Source: Octopus sinensis
Taxonomy: Eukaryota
Assembly (NCBI RefSeq): GCF_006345805.1
Contig: NC_043007.1
Coordinates: forward strand, 31,372,001-31,436,000
DNA: 64,000 nucleotides
Direction: 5' to 3'
Part shown: piece by piece, positions 50,038 through 63,848 of the stretch
Layout: each line of letters opens with the position of its first letter
How positions within the stretch are numbered: position 1 is the stretch's first letter
Translations under genes and position numbers: made by a program
The notes under the pieces: model-generated
What the model was told of the DNA's origin: nothing
Database searches by the model: none
What the model saw: the letters and a program-made list of their open reading frames with translations, nothing else

Positions 50038-50329
50038 ACGTACCATACTTAATATATATTCACTGTTAGGAGACCAGTTATTTCAGTATTCATGTTTTTA
50101 AATGCATCGCTACAGATTTTTTTAAATAGAATTTAGAGCCAGAACTGAAAGTTACGACATTTTGTACACGAATGTAAAGAATGCATTCAAAGGTAGAAAA
50201 ATAAGGAATGGGTGTATATGCATATTTCGGGAGTTTTTGCTCCTTCTTCAGTGCCAAATCCAACCCATTAACAATCCACTGCAAACACAGTATTGACTTA
50301 TAGACCTTTAATATAGTTGGTAATATATT

Positions 50330-50480
50330 ATTTGGTCAAATTTTATATGGTGAACTTTCCACTGGCAGAAGACTCCGTGGTCGTCCCCTCCGTCGATACA
50401 AGGATCAGATGAAGCAAAGCCTAAAACTGCCTGGAATCGATCCCAAAGCCTAGGACATCGAGGCTCAGAACAGGCCCGAC
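50330..50480 (+). mobile_element. RTE (BovB-like) ORF C-terminal remnant
   Basis: ELSTGRRLRGRPLRRYKDQMKQSLKLPGIDPKA*. Confidence 0.75.
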
Positions 50481-50504
50481 ACCAGCAGTCAACCATGCAT
50501 ATCA

Positions 50505-50700
50505 GTCTCCTGTCTCCATGCCTTGAAGTTACCGAAGGGAAAGGCAAAGGGGCCGATACAGCTTGGAACCAGTGACGTCGCAACTCATTTCTATAACTGA
50601 GTGAACTGGAGCAACGTGAAATAAAATAACTTGTTCAAGAACGCAACTTAGAGCCCAGTCCAGGAATTAAACTCACAACCTCATGATTGTGGGCTGTCAT
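50505..50700 (-). mobile_element. SINE-E fragment
   Basis: Matches 63490-63848. Confidence 0.7.
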
Positions 50701-50791
50701 CCCATGGAAGGATATAAAGAAGTGTTGCTAGTCGTTTGTTTAGTTTATGCAAAACTTCATCCAACAGGTCTAAAAATATAACATCGAATCA

Positions 50792-50946
50792 TGGCTGTGT
50801 GGTAAGTAGCATGCTTACCAACCGCATGGTTCCGGGTTCAGTCCCACTGCGTGGCATCATGGGCAAGTGTCTTCTGCTATAGCCCCGGGCCGACCAATGC
50901 CTTGTGAGTGGATTTGGTAGACGGAAACTGAAAGAAGCCTGTCGTA

Positions 50947-50993
<47 letters not shown>

Positions 50994-51203
50994 TTGTGTG
51001 TCTGTGTTTGTCCCCCTAGCATTGCTTGACAACCGATGCTGGTGTGTTTACGTCCCCGTCACTTAGCGGTTCGGCAAAAGAGACCGATAGAATAAGTACT
51101 GGGCTTACAAATAATAAGTCCCGGGGTCGAGTTGCTCGATTAAAGGCGGTGCTCCAGCATGGCCGCAGTCAAATGACTGAAACAAGTAAAAGAGTAAAAG
51201 AGT
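50792..51203 (+). mobile_element. SINE-A full length
   Basis: Head, microsatellite, tail gagtaaaagag. Confidence 0.9.
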
Positions 51204-51758
51204 ATATATATATATAATGAAAGGTCAATCTGTAAATCTGACACCCAGACTGGCCTATTACTTAATAACACAACTTCTGAAATGCTTCTCATTAAACACA
51301 AACAACGGTAACAATAACAATTAATAACAACAACAACAACAACAACGACGACACAAAATCACCACCGCCAACAACAACAAAAACAACAATACTCCTCCTC
51401 CCCACCACCGCCGTCCTTCTGCTTCGCCTTCCCCCTCTTATTAAAACAAGCAATCTTTTGTATTCGCTCTTATTTCCTTTCTCTTCCTCCTCTCTTCCAC
51501 CTTCTCTCTCCTCCTCTGTCCTCCTCCTTCCCTCCTACTGTTCTTCCTCTCCGTATTTGCCTCTTACTCTCCCCCTTTTCCCCCTCTTCTTCTTTTACCC
51601 ATTATTCTCCAGTAAATTCTGTTGTATCGATAAGAATTGGCCTACATTTGGTTGCTATGGAAATTGTATGGAACGACGTCACTTTGAGCTGAGTATGTGA
51701 GTGTGAGAGAGAGCGCGAGAGATAAAAAAAAGTGATACAGAAAAAGAGAAGAAAAGAG

Positions 51759-51789
<31 letters not shown>

Positions 51790-52297
51790 TGAGGTGAGAT
51801 AGAGCATGAATAATGAGTAGGAGATAGGTGTGAAAGCAGTGGTAGCAGCAGCAGCAGGAGCAGGAGTAGGAGGACGTGCATGAGAAAGAAGATGAAGGAG
51901 GAAGAGGAGGAGGAGGAGATAACGTGTGTGAGTCAGTGGGATGATGATATTAAGCGAGGCAAAATGAATGGAGTTTGTGAGAGGTGAGGAGATGCACAGA
52001 AATAAGTAAACAAGCTGAAAAATGGAAGAGAAGCAGACGATTGAGTAGACATGATTAGTTGGCGTGGGTTTGGCGTGGAAATGGTTAATTACTCAAAGCA
52101 GAGTAAAGGAGTCGTTACTCGGAGTTTCTCGTTTCTGGACTTCAGACAATTCGCGTTCAAATATCTAGTTTTATATATATGCTTCTTTCAGTTTCCGCCC
52201 GCCAAATCAACTCACAAGGCTTTGGTCGGCCCGAGGCTACTACCCGGAACCATGTGGTTGGTGAGCAGGTTACTTACCACACAGCCACTCCTGCGCC

Positions 52298-52332
<35 letters not shown>

Positions 52333-52393
52333 ATATATATATATACATGTTTATATACATATAAACTTACATATGTATATATGCATGTATGTG

Positions 52394-52764
<371 letters not shown>

Positions 52765-52799
52765 GTATATATATACATACGCACACATATATACTACTC

Positions 52800-53060
52800 T
52801 ACATCATTTTTGTTGACCTCACGAAAGCGTTCGACATTGTGTATTAAAATGGCATGTTGAAATGGGTGCCTTTCGAAGTCACTCATGATTTTCCAGTCAT
52901 TCCACACAGATATGGATCGCATCATTTAGTTTGACGGGTCTTTTTCGAAAGTCTTTAGTATTCACAGTGGAATGGAACAGAACTGTGTGCTCACTACCCC
53001 CACCCCTGTTTGGTATCATCTTTGTCGGTATGCTGAAGTACAATTTTGGAACTGCTGTGT
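52800..53060 (+). mobile_element. RTE (BovB-like) RT remnant
   Basis: IIFVDLTKAFDIV and SGMEQNCVLTTPTLFGIIF, similar to GVKQGCVLAPTLFGI. Confidence 0.75.
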
Positions 53061-54146
53061 CTGTCTTTTGACGACAGTTTGTCGCTCTGACAGAAATTGT
53101 TATAGTCCGAAGTCGTCGATAGAAATGATTCTATCTGGCAGTGTGACCTCCAGTCTAACAGTATTGTTATACTCAAAAGGTTGGAGTGTTATAACGCCCG
53201 CTTAGTGTGATTACTATATCAGCACAGACACGACTATCAACATAGTCTAACACATACTCTCGACTTTCTCTCTGTGCATTTGTCTATTTATAATGGCTGG
53301 TTACTACCACTTTTTACCGGGTGGGGTCTACAGTTTCACAATACAATAACATTGACGTCGAAGTGTAGCCAGTTTATTGCACATAAACTTTAGCAACAAA
53401 ATGTTATGGACCCCTAAAGGTAAAATGTGCCTCGGTTTAGAACCACTGTCGTAGAGAGCAGCCGAAACAGACGTATGCATAAATACAGGTATATCAAATA
53501 CTATACAACATAAATCTATTGATTTATTAAATATTATTTGCGCTTCATGAGGATGTGTCATGATCACCAAATGACTCATGAAACCCATTCTAAATGAGAA
53601 GTTGGAGGATTATTTCAAGAAACAAGTATTCTCCATCGATATGCCATTGAGGAAACGGTCAAGCTTATTGCCTGGAGCGCTCAACATGCAAGAAATAACA
53701 GCCACGTCTGCAAAAAGGAAAACCCTGAAAAAAAATACAAAAAAATCACACTCCACGGAATGGTCACAAGTGGAATCAACACAAATGGAATGTTATATCT
53801 AAATTCCACATGTTTTGAATTGTTGAGAGCTACTTTCTTTTATTTGGGCAACCCTCTCTGTGAGTTTTTATTTGTGTGTATGTGTGTGTGTATGCATGTA
53901 TGCATGCATGTATGTATGTATGTATGTATGTATGTATGTATGTATGTATGCATGCATGCATGTATGTATTTATGTTTGTATGTATAGGAGTGGCTGTGTG
54001 GTAAGTAGCTTGCTTACCAACCACATGGTTCTGGGTTCAGTCCCACTGCGTGGCACCTTGGGCAAGTGTCTTCTACTATGGCCTTGGGCTGACCAAAGCC
54101 TTGTGAGTGGATTTGGTAGACGGAAACTGAAAGAAGCCCGTCGTAT

Positions 54147-54531
54147 ATCTCTCTCTATATAAACGGCAGTTTGTCTGTGCGTGTTTCTGTGTGTCTGTTT
54201 TCTCGTACCCTCACTCTGACCACGGCTTTCAACCGATTCTGATGAAACTTGACACACACATACCCCAATGTCATAATTCAAAACTAACGCAGCGAAAATT
54301 TTGAAAAGTTCCCCCAGTTCTGAAAAAAAACGATAAATTCGACATGGGGTCGAGAATCAGAAACCCAAACCACAGACCGTCTAGGGGACGCAACTCCACC
54401 TTTTTTAACTCTCAAAAAATTTACCATCATTTTTTTTCCATTTTTTTGCTATTTTTTGGCTATAACTCTCTAAAAATGCTTTATAGTTATTTCCCTTACA
54501 AACCTGAGCAACGCCGGGCGATACTGCTAGT
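54147..54531 (-). mobile_element. Helentron/HINE-like element inserted in the internal (TA)n of a SINE-A (53985-54750)
   Basis: Shares about 110 bp of 5' end with 17483; SINE-A halves flank it. Confidence 0.65.
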
Positions 54532-55225
54532 ATGTATATATATATGTTTGTGTGTCTGTGTTTGTCCCCCTAGCATTGCTTGATAACAGATGCTGGTGTG
54601 TTTACATCCCTGTAACTTAGCGGTTCGGCAAAATTCACCGATAGAATAAGCACTAGGCTTACAAAGAGTATGTCCCGGGGTCCATTTGCTCGACTAAAGG
54701 CGGTGCTCCAGCATGGCCACAGTCAAACTGACTGAAACAAATAAAAGAGTATATACAGTCTGTGAAGTGTTTACAGCTTCAATAAGACAAATACACACAC
54801 ATACATACTTTCTCTCTCTCTCTCTAAAATAAATACAAACATGCCTATATCAAGTACTACAATCCGTTTTCATATATTTATCTGTTTTCTTTATTTATTC
54901 GTTTATTTGATTGTTGTCTCTGTCCGGTTGAGGACCGGCTGTCACCGACGACACCATCGATAAAGTAAAAGAAAAGACAAAAAGAAAAAGAAATAAGGAA
55001 AGAACACAAAAAGAAAACTAACAAAACAAAGAAAAAAAGAAAAAGAAACCCGTCTCAGCAATGATAATTCCATAAGTTATCACCTTTTCCTGCTTTGTTC
55101 CATTCGAATGAAACAGCCGCTAGAGGGCGATATTGCACAGTCTCGTCACAGCACTTATTACGCAATAGAGACCCTCCTATCCTTTCTGCTTCTCTTTCTC
55201 TCTCTCTCTCTCTTTCTCTTCATTT

Positions 55226-55261
<36 letters not shown>

Positions 55262-55375
55262 CTCTTTCTCTCTCTCTCTCTCTCCCTCTCTTTCTCTTCT
55301 TTTTTTTGTTTTATTTTCGTTTCACCACATCGCTGCACAATACATACATTTTTCTCTGACCCAGGTTGAGGTTGG

Positions 55376-55459
<84 letters not shown>

Positions 55460-55914
55460 CACTACTGCTGCTACTGCTGTTGCTGCTGCTGCTGCAAATG
55501 CTACAGCTGGTGCTGCTGCTGTTGTTGTTGTTGTTTAAAGTTATGATGTTTTCGCATCGCCTGCTTTTCTCTTCTTCTTCTCAATGGAGGAACAGGTAAA
55601 CGCGGCCTGGCCGTCCGTTTAGTCTTGTGCGGGGCGGCTATAAGCGAGAGAATAATAAAAAAAAAAAAAGTGAACGAAAATAAAACAGGGTGCGGCTTTG
55701 GGGGGTAGATAACGGAATGTTTCTGTCTGTCTGTCTGTCTGCCTCTCTGCATGTATGTGTGTATGTGTGTATGTGTATGTGTGTGTTTTGTATGGTTTTA
55801 TAGTTTCAAGATACATCTCACGTTGATCTTTCTTTCTCTCTCTCTGTGGTGTGAGGTGTGTGTGTGAATTGTACTTATGTCCTGTTCTTGCACAAACATA
55901 CGCACATACACACA

Positions 55915-55939
55915 TAGACAATCAGACAGACAGACAGAC

Positions 55940-55974
<35 letters not shown>

Positions 55975-56106
55975 AATAGATAGATAGAAATAGATAGACA
56001 GATAGATAGAAAGAAAGAGATTAATAGATAGATGGATGGATAGATAGAAATAGATAGACAAATAGATAGACAGATAGATGATAGATAGATAGACAGACAG
56101 ATAGAT

Positions 56107-56137
<31 letters not shown>

Positions 56138-56221
56138 GATTAATAGATAGATGGATGGATAGATAGAAATAGATAGACAAATAGATAGACAGATAGATGA
56201 TAGATAGACAGACAGATAGAT

Positions 56222-56252
<31 letters not shown>

Positions 56253-56370
56253 GATTGATAGATAGATAGATGGATGGATAGATAGAAATAGATAGACAAA
56301 TAGATAGACAGATAGATGATAGATAGATAGACAGACAGACAGACAGAACAGACAGATAGATGGATAGATC
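55915..56370. repeat. (GATA)/(GAAA)/(GACA) compound microsatellite with a higher-order unit
   Basis: The landmark gagatt(a/g)atagatag...atggatggatagatagaaatagatagacaaatag recurs three times. Confidence 0.85.
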
Positions 56371-56973
56371 ACTGGTGTTATAAGAACCGAACTTACCGGT
56401 GTAATTTATATTTAAGTATTCATTAGAATTCACTCCCCACCCTCTCCCCATTTGCCAGTAATAGAACTGCAAGGCAAGTGTGTATCCAGAAACAAACTCA
56501 TTTACATAATACTAAAATGCTGATGGACAAATAAAAGAAAAAGAAAATAATAATAACTTGAATACCAGTACAGCGTGGCTTGTGAATAATTAAATAAATA
56601 TATAGCCTCTGGTCGATGGCGTAACTACAGTGTGTGCCGCCCGTGATAATCATTGAGTGTGCGGTCCCACCTCCGGGCTTCCAAGCTTATACAAGCTTAC
56701 ATAGCAGACCCAGGAGGGCCACTCCGCAAAAGAGTTGCCCGAGGCAGACTGTTCCTTCACCACCACCCCAGCTACACTATTGTTTCTGGTCCGTGCGTAC
56801 AATCTTGGCTACACACACACGACCGTACCTGCCCGAACACACAGCTATACACACTAGCTTTAATACGTATAGAAAATGACGGGTTCTATTTTCGTTTCGT
56901 GGTTCATAGCTCGATTTATTAAAGGACCTTTTTTATGAGTACCATCGGATTAGGTAAATCCATGTATTGTCCA

Positions 56974-57004
<31 letters not shown>

Positions 57005-57269
57005 CATACATACATACATACATACGTACGTACGTACGTACGTACATACATACATGCATACATGCACACATACATACATACATACATACATACATACATA
57101 CATGTTGATTGCTCCTTCTTGTTAGAAGAGTGCTATCCCTTCACTGAAACTTGCACGGCCATGCTCACGCAGGAGACTCTTGGGACCATTTTCCGTTCTG
57201 CAATTCCGCTCACAGATGTTGTACTTGATCTGTCCTTTGGCATCACCAGGTGGGTTGTGACCTCATGTA

Positions 57270-57500
57270 TTTTACTATACCTGGTCAGACCAGCAGATAA
57301 CTTGCAAATGAAGTCACACTTATAACAAATGTGCCGCGGACGACGTGGCGGCACAACCATTGCGCAAGCTGCTGGATTTCTGCTTGGTTTATGTGACTTT
57401 AAGTGGTTCAGTAATCAATCTCTTGAGAGGAGAAATTGTCCTCACACACGGCACTTCAATTCCAGCTGGGTTTCTGCAAGCAGCGCACTTGAGTCTTGCT
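57270..57500 (-). mobile_element. RTE C-terminal zinc-finger-like remnant
   Basis: HICYKCDFICKLSAGLTRYSKIH. Confidence 0.55.
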
Positions 57501-57521
57501 TACGGAGTGAACGCTTCGGAG

Positions 57522-57559
<38 letters not shown>

Positions 57560-57786
57560 TACATACATACACATACATACATACATACATACATACATAC
57601 ATACATACACACATACACACATACATAAGTATACATACATACATACATACATACATACATACATAATACATACATACATACATACATATAATGAAATCTG
57701 CTTATTGTGAGCACTTTGGAACGAATAATATCCGTTTGGCAATATTTTCCGTGATTGTCTTCCTCTGTGTATATGTTTGCACGTAA

Positions 57787-57829
<43 letters not shown>

Positions 57830-57878
57830 ATATAGATATAGATATATATGTGTGTGTATGTATATATATATATCTATA

Positions 57879-57920
<42 letters not shown>

Positions 57921-58075
57921 TATATATTATATATATATATATGTGTGTGTATGTATGTGTGTGTGTGTGTGTGTGTGTGTATAGATAGTTATAGATAGAT
58001 TGAGATGCTAGATAAATAGATATGTGTGTATGAATACGCGTGTGTGCATGTGCATGCAAGTGTGTGTGTATGGGA

Positions 58076-58114
<39 letters not shown>

Positions 58115-59231
58115 GGTCAATGCATCACAAATCCACTCAATGAATCCAAACAGTTTTAAAATTTATCAAAAGTGACTAAAGCTAACAAGCGAGACGGACA
58201 GATGAACTTCCGATATCTTTAAGAGACTCTTCATCCTTCATCTCTGCTGTCATTGTAAAGTACTTGAATTCACTTTGTAATTGCCTGAAGTAAGCTCATC
58301 AAAAAAAGAAGAAAAAAAATGGATAACAACAGCATATTAAAAGATATTAAAAATGAAGGTGATTCCACCAAGCCAAACAAAAGACTCTTGAAACCATAAA
58401 AAGCAACGCCACACTAGATATGTCTGGTGAGTTCTCAGACTTAAGCGTTGCAAGGAATTTTATCGCAAAAATATAGTTTTTATACATGGTGTTTATTGGA
58501 CATGCAGTAGTGCAGCTTGTGATAAAGATTTGTATCAAAAGGACATTTAAAGTCTTTGTAATGTGCTTGTGGTGGTGGTACTGCTGCTGTGTGTGTGTGT
58601 GTTGTGTGTATGTATGTAAGCCATGTCGTGTCAGGGCACTTATGAGGTCCCTTATGGGTGCTACTGGTAAAATGGAATCCAGTACAACCTGTTGTATGGT
58701 CAGGTCATCACTAACTGAACCAGCATCCTCACCAGGTTGGCCTGGTGAGGAGGGTTGCTAGAAACCCAGCAGGACTGAAAACAAGACCTGTCAAAAGGAT
58801 GGATGAACCTAGTGGGATTGGCGAAGTGATTGACTTCATTTTATCGACCCTCAAATAATGAGAGACAAAGGTCGTGGCGGAAGCGTGGACGGATCGATGT
58901 GCTACCAGGGAAAGAACGTGTAAACCCCACCCACTAAAAAAAAAAAAAAGATGTACTTGAAATATTTGAGATGAAATTTGGCTACTATTTCTAACAGGCT
59001 GGTCGTTTGACCTGCGAGAAATAGTAGCGAAATATCATCTCAAATCACGCTTTTAGATGATACAGTTCTGAATAGACTTCTCAAAATAGACGTTTTGATA
59101 TTGTCGAAATGACTTTGATCACCAGTCTGTTCGATCAGAGCTCTGATATGGTGCTAAACAACAAGAGCAACAGCAACAGCAATAACCATACTACTACTAC
59201 TACTACTACTACTACTACAATTACTACTACT

Positions 59232-59267
<36 letters not shown>

Positions 59268-59289
59268 CACTACTACTACTATTACAACA

Positions 59290-59378
<89 letters not shown>

Positions 59379-59837
59379 ACAGAATTTCGTGTTGTACATT
59401 CAATATTCCGGTATCTTTACAGTGTCATGATCGTTACTAACTTAAAGATAACCATATCTAATGGCACAAAAAACGCCCGGGTATATTAGAAGCACCCATA
59501 TTTTACCAGCACATATTCGGAGCAAAACAAAAAAAAAAGAAGTTTTTGGTGAACTAAAGCATGTAATATTTAAAGCGGCTTCGCGTATAATACCCGGGGT
59601 GATGTTTTGAGACATTCTGAGGGTAGGGGTAGCGGTGGGGGGATGTGTCTTTTACACCAATGTACCATCAGATACGGTCATAAATATCTGGGGCACTTTC
59701 AGCCCTCACCTTACACTAGTCTTTTCATTTTAATCCCTTTTCGTTTGCTTGTCTCAGTCTGCAACCATCGGTTTTTATTGCCACACAAACAGACGACTTA
59801 CTCCTACAAAAACAGACGACACACTTGCGCGCACGCG

Positions 59838-59871
<34 letters not shown>

Positions 59872-59964
59872 ACACACACACACCACACACACACACACAG
59901 GCGCTTTTACACAGACGTACATGGAAATATAGGGAACTTAAAACAAATGAAGAGTATAGACGAA

Positions 59965-60124
59965 GGAGTGCTTACGAACCACATGGTTCCGGGTTCAGTC
60001 CCACTGCGTGGCACCTTGGGCAAGTGTTTTCTACTATAGCCTCGGGCTTACCAAAGCCTTGTGAGTGGATTTGGTAGACGGAAACTGAAAGAAGCCCGTC
60101 GTATATATGTATATATATATATAA

Positions 60125-60187
<63 letters not shown>

Positions 60188-60479
60188 TATATATATTTAG
60201 TGAAGGGAAGAAATGGAGCTGAACGAAGATTCTACAGAATTCCTTTTATTATTTTCTACACATGTTTCAAAGGCCGCAATTTCCAAATTCGGATTGAATA
60301 AGGAGACCATTTTGCAGCATTCTCTTCAGGAAAATCCAGGAATTAAAAATCCAAAACAAATGCGCAGCAAGGTATTCGAACAAAACGCTCCTTAGGAGCC
60401 CATGAAAAAGCACAAAAGTTTTGTGCTTTTTCATGGGCTCCTAAGGAGCGTTTTGTATGTATATATGTATGTATATATG

Positions 60480-60518
<39 letters not shown>

Positions 60519-60541
60519 GTATATATATGTATATATATATG

Positions 60542-60590
<49 letters not shown>

Positions 60591-60835
60591 ATATATATAT
60601 ATGTGTGTGTGTATATGTTTGTGTGTCTGTGTTTGTCCCCCCAACATCGCTTGACAACCGATGCTGGTGTGTTTACCTCCCCGTAAATTAGCAGTGCGGC
60701 AAAAGCGACCGATAGAATAAATACTAGGCTTACAAAGAATAAGTCCTGGGGTCGATTTGCTCGTCTAAAGGCGGTACTCCAGCATGGCCGCAGTCAAATG
60801 ACTGAAACAAGTAAAAGAGTAAAGAGAAAGAGAGA
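59965..60835 (+). mobile_element. SINE-A interrupted in its microsatellite by a 260-bp insert (60196-60456)
   Basis: Head 59965-60105, tail 60590-60835. Confidence 0.8.
60380..60456. repeat. Perfect 77-bp palindrome (38-bp arms, 1-nt spacer)
   Basis: ACAAAACGCTCCTTAGGAGCCCATGAAAAAGCACAAAA-G-exact reverse complement. Confidence 0.97.
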
Positions 60836-61364
60836 GTATGTCCAAATGTTTCATCAAATTGAAAACAGCGTAGCTATTTCCACCCTATTTACTGACATTC
60901 CCCTAATTTCAAAATGATTTCCCACTTATTCCATACAAGCTAACACACCTAAAAAAAAAAGAAAAACTATTACGGTTACGCATCGTTGAATATGTGTGAA
61001 ATTTAATCGACCCAGTGAGAAACGCAAGGATTATATAGCCAGGGAGTCAGTATGCAGTGAAATATGGGAGAGAATGTATTGAATAAGATTCACCTCACAA
61101 CTGGGTTTAACTGTTTTAACCATCAGGCCGCGGGAACTTCTCTTATATCTAGTAAGAGTTTTGTTGCTCTAGAAAGGAAAATCTTGATTCGTTCGCCCGT
61201 GTAATTCTTTTGAAATTGTAGAGTGAAAAGGCATGTGGAGATGTTAAGATTGGTGAAAGCGTAAGAGATGAAAATATGTGGCCAGAAAGCATTTCAGTTT
61301 AATCAGTCAAGTTCTTTTGAAAGGTAATATCTCTTAAAAGAAGCTATCGTAAATAATAATAATA

Positions 61365-61415
<51 letters not shown>

Positions 61416-61423
61416 CAATATAA

Positions 61424-61703
61424 CCTGGAATAGAGGTAACTCGAATGCTGAGTCTAAAAACAGAAACAATTCCTATCATAGTAGGCGCATTAGGTATGAT
61501 AAAAATATTCGGGCAAATACATAAGAAAAACACCAGGACTAACAATTATATATAACATAGAGAAAATAGCTCTGCACACATCCTATGTAAAACACTTTCA
61601 ATACGGTAACCATAAGAGCATCACAGCAAACCACAGCACATACCCAAGGCACACAAAGCTGCGCTCGGTAGTGCAGTGAAAGCACGTTATAAAAATAAGA
61701 CTA

Positions 61704-61706
<3 letters not shown>
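61424..61706 (+). mobile_element. 3' end of an R4/Dong-like (restriction-endonuclease-like) LINE between (AAT)n tracts
   Basis: LEIEVTRMLSLKTETIPIIVGALGMIK...NIEKIAL-AHILCKTL* followed by a UTR and (AAT)n. Confidence 0.75.
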
Positions 61707-61755
<49 letters not shown>

Positions 61756-62260
61756 TTAATAATAATGCGGCCCCGTAAATTAGTGGTTCGGCAAAAAAGA
61801 CCGATATAATAAGTACTAGGCTTCCTGGGGTCGATTTGCTCGACTAAAGGCGATGCACCAGCATGGCCATAGTCAAATGACTGAAACAAGTAAAAGAGTA
61901 AAATAGTCAAAGAGTATTCTGTTGTGTCTAGGAAGAGTCATTTTCTTTTTGTGCCTTATAATGTAACACACTCACCGATGAAATTTACACTTATTTCTTA
62001 TTTTTATTTTCCAAAAAGTTTCGTTGCGTCTTGCTAACATGTAGCTAACATGTATATTACGAATACAGTCCATAAGCAGAACAGTAAAAATATGCAAGAC
62101 ATTTTTCAAGTTTAACATGTGACAATGCTTTTGTTGTTTACTTTCCAAAGATAGAGTATTGTACCATGGTTAGAAACCAGCCCCTTCGCAAGAAGACTGT
62201 AATTATAGATAGAAGAGAACATACATACATACATGTATGTATATATGTATGTATATATGT

Positions 62261-62893
62261 ATTCCCGCAGGAATGATTGCCCATCTCCAGACTCTTGACA
62301 TTGCAATAAATAACCATTCTAGGACCATTTACGCATGGAAATCAATGACTACATTGATAACAAAATGGTGAGAAATCAGGATTTTGTGGAAATTTTGTGA
62401 AACCCAGCCTGCAAAAGATCGTGACTTGGGTGACGAATTCATGGAACAAAACCACAGACAGCTTGTGCTGCTAATGCACTACGTGTAGGTTACCTGGACA
62501 AGAACTTCTCGTTCAGTGAGAACTCCATTGCTCCACATGAGAGATTGGGGACGAAAGTTCTGCCGGAAATGTAGTCACACGAAAACTCCGCAGGAATTTT
62601 GAAATCCGGTGATTTGCAGAGCAATGACATTCTAGAGAACGGCGACCTTACTGCTTTTGAATAAATTGTTATTAATGAGTTCCTAATTAAAGGAACATGT
62701 AAATTGTCAAGTAAATGTAGATCGTTTTTTTGTAATTTCCGTTTATTTAGTAATTTTGTAATTCCCTATTTCGTAATGTCGTTTTTCGATACATTAAAAG
62801 AAAATATGAACTCCCCTGAAAATAAGCCCTTAATGCGTCATTTTAGAGTGAAAATTAATATAAGCCTTGTCTTATTTTGGGGGAAACACGGTA
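62261..62893 (+). mobile_element. pogo/Tigger-like transposon 3' part (DDE C-terminus + right TIR)
   Basis: IPAGMIAHLQTLDIAIN...MEINDY...KPSLQKIVTWVTNSW; right end aataagccct...gtcttattttgggggaaacacggTA. Confidence 0.8.
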
Positions 62894-63489
62894 GTAACTG
62901 AATACAAGACTATGGAAGACGTTACTTGCTAAAAGTGTCGTGCAATGATATCGAAGTCAGAGCAAGTAGCGCGAAGAGATCTTCTTTGTTAACCCCGTAG
63001 TCTTGTTTTTCTTCTCCACCTAATCGCTTGTGTCCAACAGAACATCGACTTTCCCACACTGATCCATAAATATACAACGACACTTGTTTATAATTCGCTA
63101 ACGACATCAAGATCAGAACTGAAGATAGTGATTTTGCTATGTGTTATAGCTTTAGTATGGTAAACAGTCAGACAGGAAAGTATTGTTTGGATATTTTTAA
63201 CCACAGAGCCAGGAAACTGTTTTAACCGTCCACTCAACATAATGTTTATATATACATACATACATACACGCACACATAATATACGCATACGACATTTTAA
63301 AAGTTTTTCTATAGGCGCAGGCATGGCGGTGTGATAAGAAATTTGCTTCCCAACCACATAGTTCTGGGTTCGGTCCCACTGCGTGGTACCTTCAGCACGT
63401 GTCTTCTACTATAGCCTCGGGCCGACCAAAGCCTTGTGAGTGAATTTGTCAGACGCAACGTCACATACATATATAAACTTGACTGCGTC

Positions 63490-63848
63490 GGTTACGAATG
63501 ACCATGGGTGCACCTGAGGGGTTCCCCTCCGGGGTACAAGTCTGGGTGGAAAGTCGCCTCACCGGCGAACGCGCAACCTAGGGTTGTTGTTTTTTATGGA
63601 AGAGCAGCAGTCGCCCATGCATACCATCCTCCTCTCTCCACACCACCAGTGTTATCCAAGGGAAAGGAAAAGGGGCCGATACGGCTTGGCACCAGTGATG
63701 TCACAACTCATTTCTACAGCTGAATGAACTGGAGCAATGTGAAATAAAGTGTCTTGCTCAAGAACACAACACGCAGCCCGGTCCGGGAATCGAACTCACA
63801 ACCTCACGATCATAATCTCGATGCACTAACCACTGAGTCATGCGCCTG
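63490..63848 (-). mobile_element. SINE-E near full length (preceded by a SINE-A head, +, about 63310-63470)
   Basis: Reverse head aggcgcatgactcagtggttagtg...gagttcgattcccggacc; internal gttgctccagttca-tcagctg domain. Confidence 0.8.
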
